This document shows positions 1 to 9,214 of a stretch of DNA of 64,000 nucleotides, in pieces. Each line of letters starts with the position of its first letter. Within the stretch, counting starts at the first letter, position 1. Made by a program: the position numbers and the translations under genes. The stretch is from contig JBOEGD010000001.1 of NCBI GenBank assembly GCA_050633245.1, forward strand, positions 343,190 through 407,189, in the 5' to 3' direction. The notes under the pieces were generated by a model, which worked only from the letters and a program-made list of their open reading frames with translations, did not search any database and was not told the DNA's origin. This stretch comes from Calditrichia bacterium. Its GTDB lineage: Bacteria; Calditrichota; Calditrichia; RBG-13-44-9; J075.

Positions 1-806
1 TCATGCGAGATATTGCCGCGTGCGCTTTCATAATGTAGGCCGAGTTGCCAAAGCGGTAAATTTTTATCGGAATTGTATTCGAGCATCTCATCGCAGGTGA
101 TAAATGGAACGGTTAGGTCTTTGCGGGACAGCACCGGCAGCACCGGTTCAATCTTCCTGATGCAGACAACGCCTTCCATCGCGGCAAGTTCTTCTAGAAG
201 GTTACTCTCCGGAAAGGCTTGACCTTTAATCTCAATGTATGTGTGGTTGCCACGATGCAGCTCAACGGCATCACACTTAATATTGGCTTCGATCCATGCC
301 TGCACATGTTCCGGCTTCTTCACATATGTCAGCGTCTCGTAGTAATCACCCGCCATGCTAACGGCTGCACCGTCGATCTCTACAATCTCGATCATACCGC
401 CGCCGGTTGAAATAGCAGTGAGCGTGCGGGTCTCGCGGTAATTTTTTAGCGTAAGCGCATAGGTGTTGGGATGATCGTAGTCCAGCGGCACGATTTGTAT
501 GTCAACCTCAATACCGGCCTTGACAATTTCTTCGCGGTAATTGGTAAGGCGTTCATCATGTGCTTCCCAGCCGAGCAGTCCGCCAAACAGTCCCATATCC
601 GAACCCTGACTCTCATGCGTGGTTGCCAACGAACCGTGTGGATCGAACCGTACTTCAATGCTCTCGATTTTGCCATCCATTAGATCCAGACAAATGCGCC
701 CGATGCGCAGCGCCGCTGCACAGTGTGAACTGGACGGGCCACGCATAACCGGACCAAGAACATCATTAAAAATACTGGGATAATTCATCTGATTGGGATT
801 GCTCAT
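1..806 (-). CDS. Fe-S-dependent L-serine dehydratase, fused beta/alpha type (3' end runs off the window)
   Basis: Manual translation from the ATG at 806 (SD AGAGGA upstream): MSNPNQMNYPSIFNDVLGPVMRGPSSSHCAAALRIG...GSLATTHESQGSD...ISTGGGMI. This contains the SDH-beta GPSSSH motif. The frame is open to the window edge, so it is missing from the ORF track. Confidence 0.9.
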   Translation of the reverse strand, partial: MSNPNQMNYPSIFNDVLGPVMRGPSSSHCAAALRIGRICLDLMDGKIESIEVRFDPHGSLATTHESQGSDMGLFGGLLGWEAHDERLTNYREEIVKAGIEVDIQIVPLDYDHPNTYALTLKNYRETRTLTAISTGGGMIEIVEIDGAAVSMAGDYYETLTYVKKPEHVQAWIEANIKCDAVELHRGNHTYIEIKGQAFPESNLLEELAAMEGVVCIRKIEPVLPVLSRKDLTVPFITCDEMLEYNSDKNLPLWQLGLHYESARGNISH

Positions 807-1110
807 GATGTTGTCCTCTTATAATTCACATATATAAACGATACCCCATAAAAACGGATTTGGCAAATGAAATTCGTTGGTGAGGTATGAAGGATTGTTT
901 GTCGTAGCGTTATAAAAGAATTAGATGATAATTGATCTTCTTATATCAATAACTTTTTTAGGCAGTCCAGGCAAAGAAAACGATTTGTTCTTCTAAATAG
1001 AGATTTGTAGGTTATTACACTGATTGAAAATGATTCAAATAAAGTCTGCTGCCGGAACCCGCCTGGATCGTTCCTGCCTTAGCTTTTGAACCTTATTTGG
1101 AGGGGATGCA

Positions 1111-2184
1111 ATGAAGTTAACTCTATCTCTGATGCTGATAGTTTTGGTCGGCTGTTCGGGGAGTTCTAAATTGTCTAAAGCAAGTATTGAGAACGATCAG
1201 CTGATTGTATTTGTCAAAGATAAAGGATCTATTGTTCTTACAAATGCGACCGGCCAGTTCGAAAAAAAGATCTATGAATCAGATCATCAGGTGCTGTATG
1301 CAGCTTGGTCCAACAATGATAGCCTGATTGTATTTTGGGAAAAGAATGAAGAGGAAAACGACGTTTTTTTGAAAGCTATTCGAACAGCGGAGTTGCCTAC
1401 AGAAACCGCCCAAACTATTGTTTCGGATGCAAAACATAAGTTTCTGAAATTCAATTTTGTAGATAATGATGAGATCGTTTATTGCGATCTTGCCGGACTG
1501 GTTCATTGCGATTTCGTTTCCAAAAGACATCGATTTGTTAAGGATACGAAGGTCGAGAGTTTTGAATATTCCAAGGTGCTCCATGCGGTATTCTTTTCGA
1601 ACGACTCTGCGCTGATGAAAGTAAATCTTAAAACCAAACAGGTGTTAAAACTAGTCGACTCAAAAGATAAAAGCATAACGAATATCTCTGTTTCGCAAGA
1701 CGGAACCAGGCTGTTTTATGCCAAGGAAAGCGAACTTTATGTGATAGAAACCACTGCTCCGTACCGCGTGCTGTCGCAACAGAAACTAGTCTCTCCGGTC
1801 TACTGGGTTACATGGATAGGCTCGGAGGAAGTGCTTGTTCAAGCTGGTCACATTACTAAAAATCATATGATGTCGAATAAGAACTTTCTGGAACCAACAC
1901 GCAGGAGCAAGCGATCTCTTGGGAGCATGGCTTTCTATCGATTTAATCTGTCGAGTGGACTAGTGCAAAAAGTTTTTAATAAATCCGAATCGGTCTCGTT
2001 GGCGAATCCATCTTTATCGGCGAATAAAAAGTATCTTACCTTTGTTTCAAATACGCTGAAGTCAACGCGAAAAGTTCACTTGCTTTCTCTGGCAGAAGGT
2101 AAAGCTGCTCAGATTTCAAAAAAGGGTTTAGCGTATTCACCGGGCTGGCAAAATACAAATCAGAAAGTGTTGACTGAGGAGTAA
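1111..2184 (+). CDS. Lipoprotein, TolB-like beta-propeller
   Basis: Lipobox LVGC at residue 15, repeated beta-blade motifs (AAWS, SVSQDGTRLFY, PSLSANKKYLTF, YSPGW), SD GGAGG. Confidence 0.65.
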   Translation: MKLTLSLMLIVLVGCSGSSKLSKASIENDQLIVFVKDKGSIVLTNATGQFEKKIYESDHQVLYAAWSNNDSLIVFWEKNEEENDVFLKAIRTAELPTETAQTIVSDAKHKFLKFNFVDNDEIVYCDLAGLVHCDFVSKRHRFVKDTKVESFEYSKVLHAVFFSNDSALMKVNLKTKQVLKLVDSKDKSITNISVSQDGTRLFYAKESELYVIETTAPYRVLSQQKLVSPVYWVTWIGSEEVLVQAGHITKNHMMSNKNFLEPTRRSKRSLGSMAFYRFNLSSGLVQKVFNKSESVSLANPSLSANKKYLTFVSNTLKSTRKVHLLSLAEGKAAQISKKGLAYSPGWQNTNQKVLTEE

Positions 2185-2262
2185 TATTTTCATGTTATCT
2201 GTCTTAAGAGAAGGCAGGAGGATGTTCCGGAGTATTCGGCAATCTAACCGTATCAATTCATT

Positions 2263-2829
2263 CTAGCGGATACTACCTAAATAAAAGGTCTCCTGCCTTT
2301 GAAAGCAGAATCTCTCGTCGGGAATCATCAGCTCCAGCCGGTCGCATAGAAATGAGCCGGATGGGGCAGTGTCATGCAACTCCGCGCAAATTCTCAGACT
2401 GTCCTCTATCGAAATAAATTCTGCAATCGTCATATGCGCCGGAATATGTCCTCGCTGAAATTCATCATCACCAAAGATCTTCGCTCTATGCAATGCCTTC
2501 TTTAGCTCGTCAATCGGCTTCTGTGGTGTAATTGGATAGGCTACGCCAGCACGTTTAGTAGACGCTTGCGGTTTGTCGTAGTGAAGCTCAAAAGGCTCGA
2601 TATTTTGCAGGATTATTACGATCTCTTTTCGAAAACTATCCGTCATTTCTTCCTGTAACGGATCAGAAACCGAAATATGTGCCGGGCAAATTGCTGCACT
2701 TTGTGGATCGTATGCTGCACGCAGCTCGTTTATTGGTTTCGCTAGATCATCTGGCGGCAGAATAAGAATGACGCCAAAGCGATAATCGAGCTGCCAATCT
2801 TGCCAGTGGGATATGTTGGTATGGGGCAT
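2263..2829 (-). CDS. 2H phosphoesterase (2'-5' RNA ligase family)
   Basis: Two HxS/T motifs (PAHISV, PAHMTI) about 80 aa apart, 188 aa. Confidence 0.8.
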   Translation of the reverse strand: MPHTNISHWQDWQLDYRFGVILILPPDDLAKPINELRAAYDPQSAAICPAHISVSDPLQEEMTDSFRKEIVIILQNIEPFELHYDKPQASTKRAGVAYPITPQKPIDELKKALHRAKIFGDDEFQRGHIPAHMTIAEFISIEDSLRICAELHDTAPSGSFLCDRLELMIPDERFCFQRQETFYLGSIR

Positions 2830-2882
2830 GGTTGTCGGTTCACCATATGCTATCTCGAAGCAATTAGGATAGGCTTAGTTGA

Positions 2883-4742
2883 TTATTTAGCTTGTAAAAA
2901 CCTCATGTTGCCTTTGTTGTCTAAAACTAAGCAATATGTCTTTAGGGGCTGATAATACACTTTTTCAGATGAATCAACAACGTTCAGCTTTTGCAAATAC
3001 AGCGATTTCCAGTAATCGACATTCAATAGTCCTGTGTTACAGATATAAATATCGCTTCCCATTGGGTGATAAAAACTGACAGACCCGCGTGGTGTATCGA
3101 CAATAAAAAATACCCAGGAATCCAGCGGCGCTGATGGTTCATTGTATCTTTCAAGCAGCTGCATATATTCCCTGACTTCTTTACTCTCCCAGTGTAACCT
3201 GTTGCCGGCAGCTCGCATGCGAATGCCGCTTATGTCGAGCGAATCGAAACCTGGATCCGTTAAGGTGATTTCATCCATCGCGTAAATAATTTGCATGGGC
3301 TGTAAATCAACATGTACTGTTTGATCATCTGAGGTCGCAAAGATTATGTTGGCCTCAATGGGCACGGAATACTCTTTATGAGGAACAAATGTTCCTTTCC
3401 AGTCTTTGAACGCATCCTTCCATTTCCGATTCTCATTGAGGTGTAGCCCTGCGATAGAACCTCCAACAAATCTGATGTCGGTGATCCTGAAATCTTTTTG
3501 AAACGCCTGTAAGGCAGGCGTCTGTTTCAATAACTTTAAACTGAGCATTTTAGACTGATTGGATTTATGTGCGTTCAGTTCAGTTCTATTTCTAAAAGCC
3601 AGAGCATCGAAGCTTTTGTCTATTAAATGGCCGGATAAAATATCAAAAACGTTGACGCTTTTATCTGTTTGCACAAGCGTAAAGGTCTTATTCTCATTGG
3701 AGAGACCGATTGGAATACTGCTTTTGTATGCAGTGTGGCGATAGTGACCGATATCTTTTGTTACGGTACTCGTGTCTCCGAGGATTTCTTTTGATTTATA
3801 TCTTTTTAGCAGATGATTCTTCCGGTAGAACTCCAGCGCAACATCTGAAAATTGTTCTACATCAGAACCCCAGGGCTCCAATCTTATCAGATGGAGACCG
3901 TCATTCGCTATGGAAACGTTCTGAGCAAACCACCCTACAGACCACAATAGCTGCCTCTTTTCGCCTTCGATGATACGATAAACGTTTCCTGTGCCTTTAT
4001 TACCATAAGCATGAGTAGGGATCATCTCTATGACGTAATTACCATTGTCGGAGTTTGCAAAATAGGGCTCATTCGACGAGGGGAATGCGGATTTCTTAAG
4101 CACATAGTTATAGTTCAGCGTATCGTCCAGTGTCTTTATAAGTGAATCGTTTTGAATCAGCCATCGTTCATTTTCTAGCTTAATATATCCGAAATTTACT
4201 TCGCTTAACCGGTAGACTATGGAGTCGCCCAATAACGAGTGATCATGAATAGTGTCCTCGATCCTTTTGTATCCCGGAAAGAAGGCTGAGATCTTTTGAA
4301 GCAGAGAATTCACCAACTTAAACTGCCCATTTTTATCTGCTGAGCCTGTTAGCGTATCACTTTTGCACTCTACCCTAACATTGACTAATGCAATAGGACT
4401 GATATTCTCAGCATCAATAAAAGTAATTGAAATACTGTCCCGGCCGGTATTAAATACGTCGCGCTGGTTTGGCGGGCTATAAAGGGAGATGCTATTGGCA
4501 AGAAAAAAATTAGCACCTAGTGGAGTCAATTGGCCAGTGCACCCATTGCCGTTATACAAGTCGCCATAGAGCCGGAATTCAAAAGTTAAATCCGGCTTGA
4601 TATATATGTAAGAGACAAGGAGACCAGAACCGCCAACATACATACCGGCAATGCGGCTATCCTCATCGGCCAGTGGTTGGCATTGCGCAATCAAAGGCAG
4701 AGCGACTAAGATTGCGATCAGATATTTGAGCAGAGTTGTCAT
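2883..4742 (-). CDS. Secreted hypothetical multi-domain protein
   Basis: 619 aa ORF with an N-terminal signal peptide and a carboxypeptidase-regulatory-like segment (ADKNGQFKL...FPGYK). No catalytic family recognised. Confidence 0.6.
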   Translation of the reverse strand: MTTLLKYLIAILVALPLIAQCQPLADEDSRIAGMYVGGSGLLVSYIYIKPDLTFEFRLYGDLYNGNGCTGQLTPLGANFFLANSISLYSPPNQRDVFNTGRDSISITFIDAENISPIALVNVRVECKSDTLTGSADKNGQFKLVNSLLQKISAFFPGYKRIEDTIHDHSLLGDSIVYRLSEVNFGYIKLENERWLIQNDSLIKTLDDTLNYNYVLKKSAFPSSNEPYFANSDNGNYVIEMIPTHAYGNKGTGNVYRIIEGEKRQLLWSVGWFAQNVSIANDGLHLIRLEPWGSDVEQFSDVALEFYRKNHLLKRYKSKEILGDTSTVTKDIGHYRHTAYKSSIPIGLSNENKTFTLVQTDKSVNVFDILSGHLIDKSFDALAFRNRTELNAHKSNQSKMLSLKLLKQTPALQAFQKDFRITDIRFVGGSIAGLHLNENRKWKDAFKDWKGTFVPHKEYSVPIEANIIFATSDDQTVHVDLQPMQIIYAMDEITLTDPGFDSLDISGIRMRAAGNRLHWESKEVREYMQLLERYNEPSAPLDSWVFFIVDTPRGSVSFYHPMGSDIYICNTGLLNVDYWKSLYLQKLNVVDSSEKVYYQPLKTYCLVLDNKGNMRFLQAK

Positions 4743-4838
4743 AAAAAGTCTTGTGATTGGTTTTTAATAATATGCAAAAGTTTGGCATTGGATTGTAGAT
4801 TTATTGAGAAAAATGCTTGGGGAATTTAACTTCCTCAT

Positions 4839-4969
4839 TTTTGTCTATCTAACCCTTCTCTGCTAACTTTCCAAAAGCGAACACCAATCAAGGAGCGACC
4901 ATGAAAGATCCGAATCTGTCCAGAGGAAATTTTTGTTTAGCTCAATGCCTCTTTCAACGCGTCACTTAG
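4839..4969 (+). pseudogene. Duplicated promoter/RBS and frameshifted 5' stub of the GH109 gene
   Basis: 4839-4935 is an imperfect direct repeat of 5753-5849. The stub reads MKDPNLSRGNFCLAQCLFQRVT* versus MKDSNLSRRKFLQL in the intact gene, consistent with a 1-nt deletion. Confidence 0.7.
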
Positions 4970-5123
4970 TTCCTGCAGGAAAGGAGGGGAGGCGACTTAC
5001 GAACGCTCGCAGGGTGCTTTTGCTTTTCGTATGGGTCTGCGCAACAAGTTTTGTTTCTTTTCGTAAGATTGGTAAACACGTCGAGCATTTGGACTCACTT
5101 TATACATCTATCGGAAGGAAGCC

Positions 5124-5714
5124 ATGAAGGGCTATTTACGATTTTTAGTAGTGGGGTTAATTCTCGGGTTGTTTTTAGAAGCAGAATTAAAGCTGGTAGC
5201 CGGCATCAGACCTGCGACATTTGTTTATACGTTGTTTGCTTATCCGATTATAATTTCACTGTCTTATTTGGGCAGTCGTTTGCTCGACCGAATTTTCTCC
5301 TCAAGGTGGAAAGGCGACATAATTCATTACGCCGGCACAGCCTTCTTCGGTTTGATGGTTGAGTGGTTTTTGCTGGGAAATGGTCTTGGTAGCAACGCGT
5401 TTCAGTTGGGCATGGTTGCGATGTGGACAACTTTCTGTTTTGGCCCGCGGATACTGACCCGATCCGGCTTGGAAGGCAGTAGTCCCTACCGGAAGTTTTG
5501 GCGAGCCTATGTTGTGGTTGGCTTTCTGGTGACGGCTGGTATCTTGCTTGTTTCCGGCACAGCAGCGAAGACCGTCATTGCTGTTGTCAGCCTGAGTGCG
5601 ACCTATATAGTATGGTCTATCAGCTTGCTGGTTATGGCTTGGCATAGTCGTTACAGTTTGCAAGTGGTTTCTGGCTCACGGAGTGTCGATTTTCCTCACA
5701 ATTTCAGCGGATAG
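5124..5714 (+). CDS. Integral membrane protein (about 6 TM), unknown function
   Basis: Hydrophobic 196 aa ORF with SD GAAGGA. Confidence 0.7.
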   Translation: MKGYLRFLVVGLILGLFLEAELKLVAGIRPATFVYTLFAYPIIISLSYLGSRLLDRIFSSRWKGDIIHYAGTAFFGLMVEWFLLGNGLGSNAFQLGMVAMWTTFCFGPRILTRSGLEGSSPYRKFWRAYVVVGFLVTAGILLVSGTAAKTVIAVVSLSATYIVWSISLLVMAWHSRYSLQVVSGSRSVDFPHNFSG

Positions 5715-5813
5715 CGGATGTTTTATTACTATCTGTTCAACCAACCGTCAAGTTTTGTCTATCTAGCCCTCCTCTGTTAACTTCTTCAAAATAAAACCAA
5801 CAGAGGACCTGCC

Positions 5814-7187
5814 ATGAAAGACTCGAACCTGTCCAGACGAAAATTTTTGCAGCTTTCTATAAAAGGAGCCGGCGTTGCTATGCTTGGCGGTGGATTAATT
5901 GCTCAGGAACGTGACAACCAACGTCCTACAAAGGCAACGTATATGGGAGGCTTTGCTGCGCCTAAGTTAAAGAACGTGCGTTGCGGATTTATCGGAGTTG
6001 GGGCAAGAGGTAGTGGACACCTGGCCTGGACCGCCAGGCATGAGGGGGCAGAGGTCGTCGCTATTGCCGATCCGCATTTACCGGCCGTTGAAAAGAATCT
6101 GGCCAAGCTCAAAGAGCAACAGGTGAGCGGTGTTAAGACCTATACCAAAGGCGAGAATGACTATCTACGCATGCTGGAAAACGAAAAGCTCGATCTGGTA
6201 TTTATTTCCACACCCTGGGCCTGGCACGCCAGACAGGCAATTGATGCCATGAATAACGGTGCCCATGCGATGGTGGAAGTGCCGCTGGCGGTTAGCATGA
6301 AAGAGTTATGGCAGATTATCGATACCTCCGAGAAAACTCAAAAGCACTGTATGATGATGGAAAATGTGAACTATGGCCGCGACGAGCTGATGTTTCTGAA
6401 CATGTGTCGACAAAATGCGATCGGAGAACTCCTGCATGCTGAAGCAGCCTATATTCACGAACTGCGCTGGCAGATGGAGAACGAAGATTACGGCACCGGC
6501 AGCTGGCGAACCCTGCACTATGCAAAGCGAAACGGCAACCTTTACCCTACGCATGGACTAGGTCCGGTAGCGCAATACATGAACCTGGCGCGCAGTGACG
6601 ATACCTTCAAATCTCTGGTGTCTTATTCCAGTCCGGCACGTGGACGCCAACTCTATGCAAAGGCAAACTATCCGGCAGATCATAAGTGGAACAAACTCGA
6701 TTTTACCTGCGGCGACATCAATAATACCATTGTTAAGACTGCTCGTGGACGCACCATCCTTGTGCAATGGGATGAAACCAGTCCGCGGCCCTATAGCCGT
6801 CTGAATCTCATTCAGGGAACCAAAGGTACGCTTGCCGGATTTCCGACCCGGATTGCTCTGGAGGAATCCGATTTTCATCACTGGACGGAAGGCGATGATC
6901 TGCAGCCTTACTATGAAAAGTATGAACATCCACTTTGGAAGCGAATAGGCGATGCCGCTAAAAAAGCCGGTGGACATGGTGGTATGGATTATGTGATGCG
7001 CTATCGTATTTTTGAATGCCTCACCAACGGTTTACCTCTCGATCAGAATGTGTATGAAGGCGCTTACTGGACATCCGTTGGTATTTTGTCTGAAAAGTCA
7101 GTTAAAGAAGATGGTATGCCGCAGCAGTTTCCGGACTTTACGCGTGGTGAGTGGCAAAATACAGACCCCTTGCAAATCATAGGTTAG
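5814..7187 (+). CDS. GH109 NAD+-dependent alpha-N-acetylgalactosaminidase-like glycosidase, Tat-exported
   Basis: SRRKFL Tat motif, GxGxRG Rossmann fold, EVP, ENVNY, YPTHGLGPV and GGHGGMD GH109 signatures. Confidence 0.9.
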   Translation: MKDSNLSRRKFLQLSIKGAGVAMLGGGLIAQERDNQRPTKATYMGGFAAPKLKNVRCGFIGVGARGSGHLAWTARHEGAEVVAIADPHLPAVEKNLAKLKEQQVSGVKTYTKGENDYLRMLENEKLDLVFISTPWAWHARQAIDAMNNGAHAMVEVPLAVSMKELWQIIDTSEKTQKHCMMMENVNYGRDELMFLNMCRQNAIGELLHAEAAYIHELRWQMENEDYGTGSWRTLHYAKRNGNLYPTHGLGPVAQYMNLARSDDTFKSLVSYSSPARGRQLYAKANYPADHKWNKLDFTCGDINNTIVKTARGRTILVQWDETSPRPYSRLNLIQGTKGTLAGFPTRIALEESDFHHWTEGDDLQPYYEKYEHPLWKRIGDAAKKAGGHGGMDYVMRYRIFECLTNGLPLDQNVYEGAYWTSVGILSEKSVKEDGMPQQFPDFTRGEWQNTDPLQIIG

Positions 7188-8056
7188 TCGGATGTATCGG
7201 AAGATGCTTTTCGAAGATAGTTTCGAAATACAACGATATCACTTTTCTCGGTAAGATCGGGCACGTGCTCATTGAACGGGATTCCGATCATGGTGCAAGG
7301 ATGTGCCTCAATTAGTCCGGTGATTGCCGCTGCGAGTTCCTTCTCATTGCGTCCTGTAGAGACGGGGCACTTTTCGAGGTGGTGTAGAAAAGGATTTCCG
7401 CTGAACTTGAAGATGTTCATGCTGACTCTGATAACACCATGCCGATCCTGATAGTCCGGAAGAAGTGCGGGATCGGGTTTTTCGACAATCTGCGTCAGGA
7501 AGTCTCTTTCATCTAAAATGCATAAGGCAAAGCGCGCTATTTTTTCCGATGAGAATTGCAGTCCCATACGATTGTAAGCAATAAAGGCGTGAGGATGTGG
7601 CGTTTCGGCAAGTGCGCGAAATGCCTTGGCCGAGTATAGATTGTCGCAATTGCACACCAGAAATTCACTTGTTTGTAACTCCGGGTATTGTTGGAGGGCT
7701 TGTAAAACAGCGTCAGCCGTTCCAAGTGGTTTACTGCGACCGGATGGAATACGTTGAACCGCGTAGGATACGACAATCTTGCCGTAATTGTTGCTGCGCT
7801 TTTTATTCCCATAGCGCGATTTGAACACTGCATTATCAAACCCGGTGATCAGAATAATGTTGGTTAACCCCGCGGCGATGGCGTTATCAAAAATAAAGTC
7901 GAGTAGCGGTCGCCCTGTCTCGCCAACTGGGATAAGGCCTTTTGTAAGCGTGTCGGCCTGTTTAATGTCTGCTGCATCCAGCCCGGCCGTATCTGCCGAG
8001 GCCTTCATTCTGGAAGACATACCGGCAGCTAAGATGATCAGCGTGTTAACCGTCAT
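7184..8056 (-). CDS. Sugar-1-phosphate nucleotidyltransferase
   Basis: LAAGMSSRMK, KPLGTADAV, CNCDNLY and IVEKP motifs. ATG 8056 overlaps the kinase stop region. Confidence 0.85.
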   Translation of the reverse strand: MTVNTLIILAAGMSSRMKASADTAGLDAADIKQADTLTKGLIPVGETGRPLLDFIFDNAIAAGLTNIILITGFDNAVFKSRYGNKKRSNNYGKIVVSYAVQRIPSGRSKPLGTADAVLQALQQYPELQTSEFLVCNCDNLYSAKAFRALAETPHPHAFIAYNRMGLQFSSEKIARFALCILDERDFLTQIVEKPDPALLPDYQDRHGVIRVSMNIFKFSGNPFLHHLEKCPVSTGRNEKELAAAITGLIEAHPCTMIGIPFNEHVPDLTEKSDIVVFRNYLRKASSDTSD

Positions 8057-9146
8057 AAGTGATTCTTGCTCCTTTATCGACATCTACCGAATAAGCCTTT
8101 CCACCAACAGCATTAACGGCTTCTGAAATTTCGGCCGATCTTTCCTGAGGTGCGATAATGACAATCGTGCCACCTCCGCCGGAGCCATTTATCTTGGCAC
8201 CATATGCTCCGGCTTCCAGTGCCGCAGAAATCATGCGCTCAATTTTGGGTGTGCTCAGCTTTAAATCATCTGCCAGAATGCGATGCTGAGCGTACATCAA
8301 CTGTCCGATACGTTCAATATCCACAATCTTTTGCTGGAGCAGAGGCAGCGCTTCGCGCGTTATCTTGTAGTTGCGTACAGCAGCTTTCAAGAGACTTACA
8401 TTTTTCAAAGAATTTTCGCTGCAATAGGCATTGATAATAGGAAGGGTAAGGGCTTTAATACTATTTAATGGTTGCGCTGCGGCAATGGTTTGAAAAGCCT
8501 GTAACACTGGTTCTTTAATGTTTTTTAATACTTCAAGCGTCTGTTTCGGCTCTAACGACTCTGCCAGCAAAAGTCCGGGTAATGTGTTGCGTAACGGTGT
8601 AACACTATAACTCTGGGTGTCAATGTGGATAACGCCCGATGAGGCAATCGAGATCTGATCCATCATTCCACCTGGTTCCTGATGTTCCAACACCTCGGCT
8701 TCGTAACCGATCAACCCGAGATCCCTGGAATTAATGGCGGAGCGCTTACCTGCCAGCTCCAGCAAGACTGTCGCCCAGCCAATGGTCAGTGCGCTTGAAC
8801 TGGATGCACCTGCGTTTATTGGGATGTTACTGGCAATCGAGACGGTCGCTCCGGAAGAGGGCAGGCACTGCCGTTTCCTCAATACGCGCATTACGGAGGC
8901 AATGTAATCCCTGGGTTCCAGCGGCTCGAAAGCGTCATTTAAGTGGATTCGCCGTGACTGCTTCAGGTCGATCATTTTGATATCGATAAAGTCGGCTGTG
9001 GTCTTTACTACTTCCAATTTCATATAGCGGCTTATGGGAGCGGCTATAACCGGTAGATTCAGGTAGTCCTGATGCTCGCCGAATAGACAGACGCGAGCCG
9101 GAGCAAGGACGGTGAATGTTTTTCGGGATTCTATGTTCTTCTCCAC
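8046..9146 (-). CDS. GHMP-family anomeric sugar kinase (galactokinase-like)
   Basis: APARVCLFGEHQDY, PINAGASSSSA, GGMMDQ and GAKINGSGGGG motifs. Confidence 0.85.
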   Translation of the reverse strand: MEKNIESRKTFTVLAPARVCLFGEHQDYLNLPVIAAPISRYMKLEVVKTTADFIDIKMIDLKQSRRIHLNDAFEPLEPRDYIASVMRVLRKRQCLPSSGATVSIASNIPINAGASSSSALTIGWATVLLELAGKRSAINSRDLGLIGYEAEVLEHQEPGGMMDQISIASSGVIHIDTQSYSVTPLRNTLPGLLLAESLEPKQTLEVLKNIKEPVLQAFQTIAAAQPLNSIKALTLPIINAYCSENSLKNVSLLKAAVRNYKITREALPLLQQKIVDIERIGQLMYAQHRILADDLKLSTPKIERMISAALEAGAYGAKINGSGGGGTIVIIAPQERSAEISEAVNAVGGKAYSVDVDKGARITYDG

Positions 9147-9214
9147 ATGCAGTTCACTAATGTTATTATCGTCGCTCCCCGAGTCACACCGAGGGCGACA
9201 TTGCTTACTCCAGG

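Noticed and set aside
219-748. Short ORFs 219-410, 446-676, 471-683 and 560-748
   Set aside because: They are shadows of the serine dehydratase gene on the minus strand.
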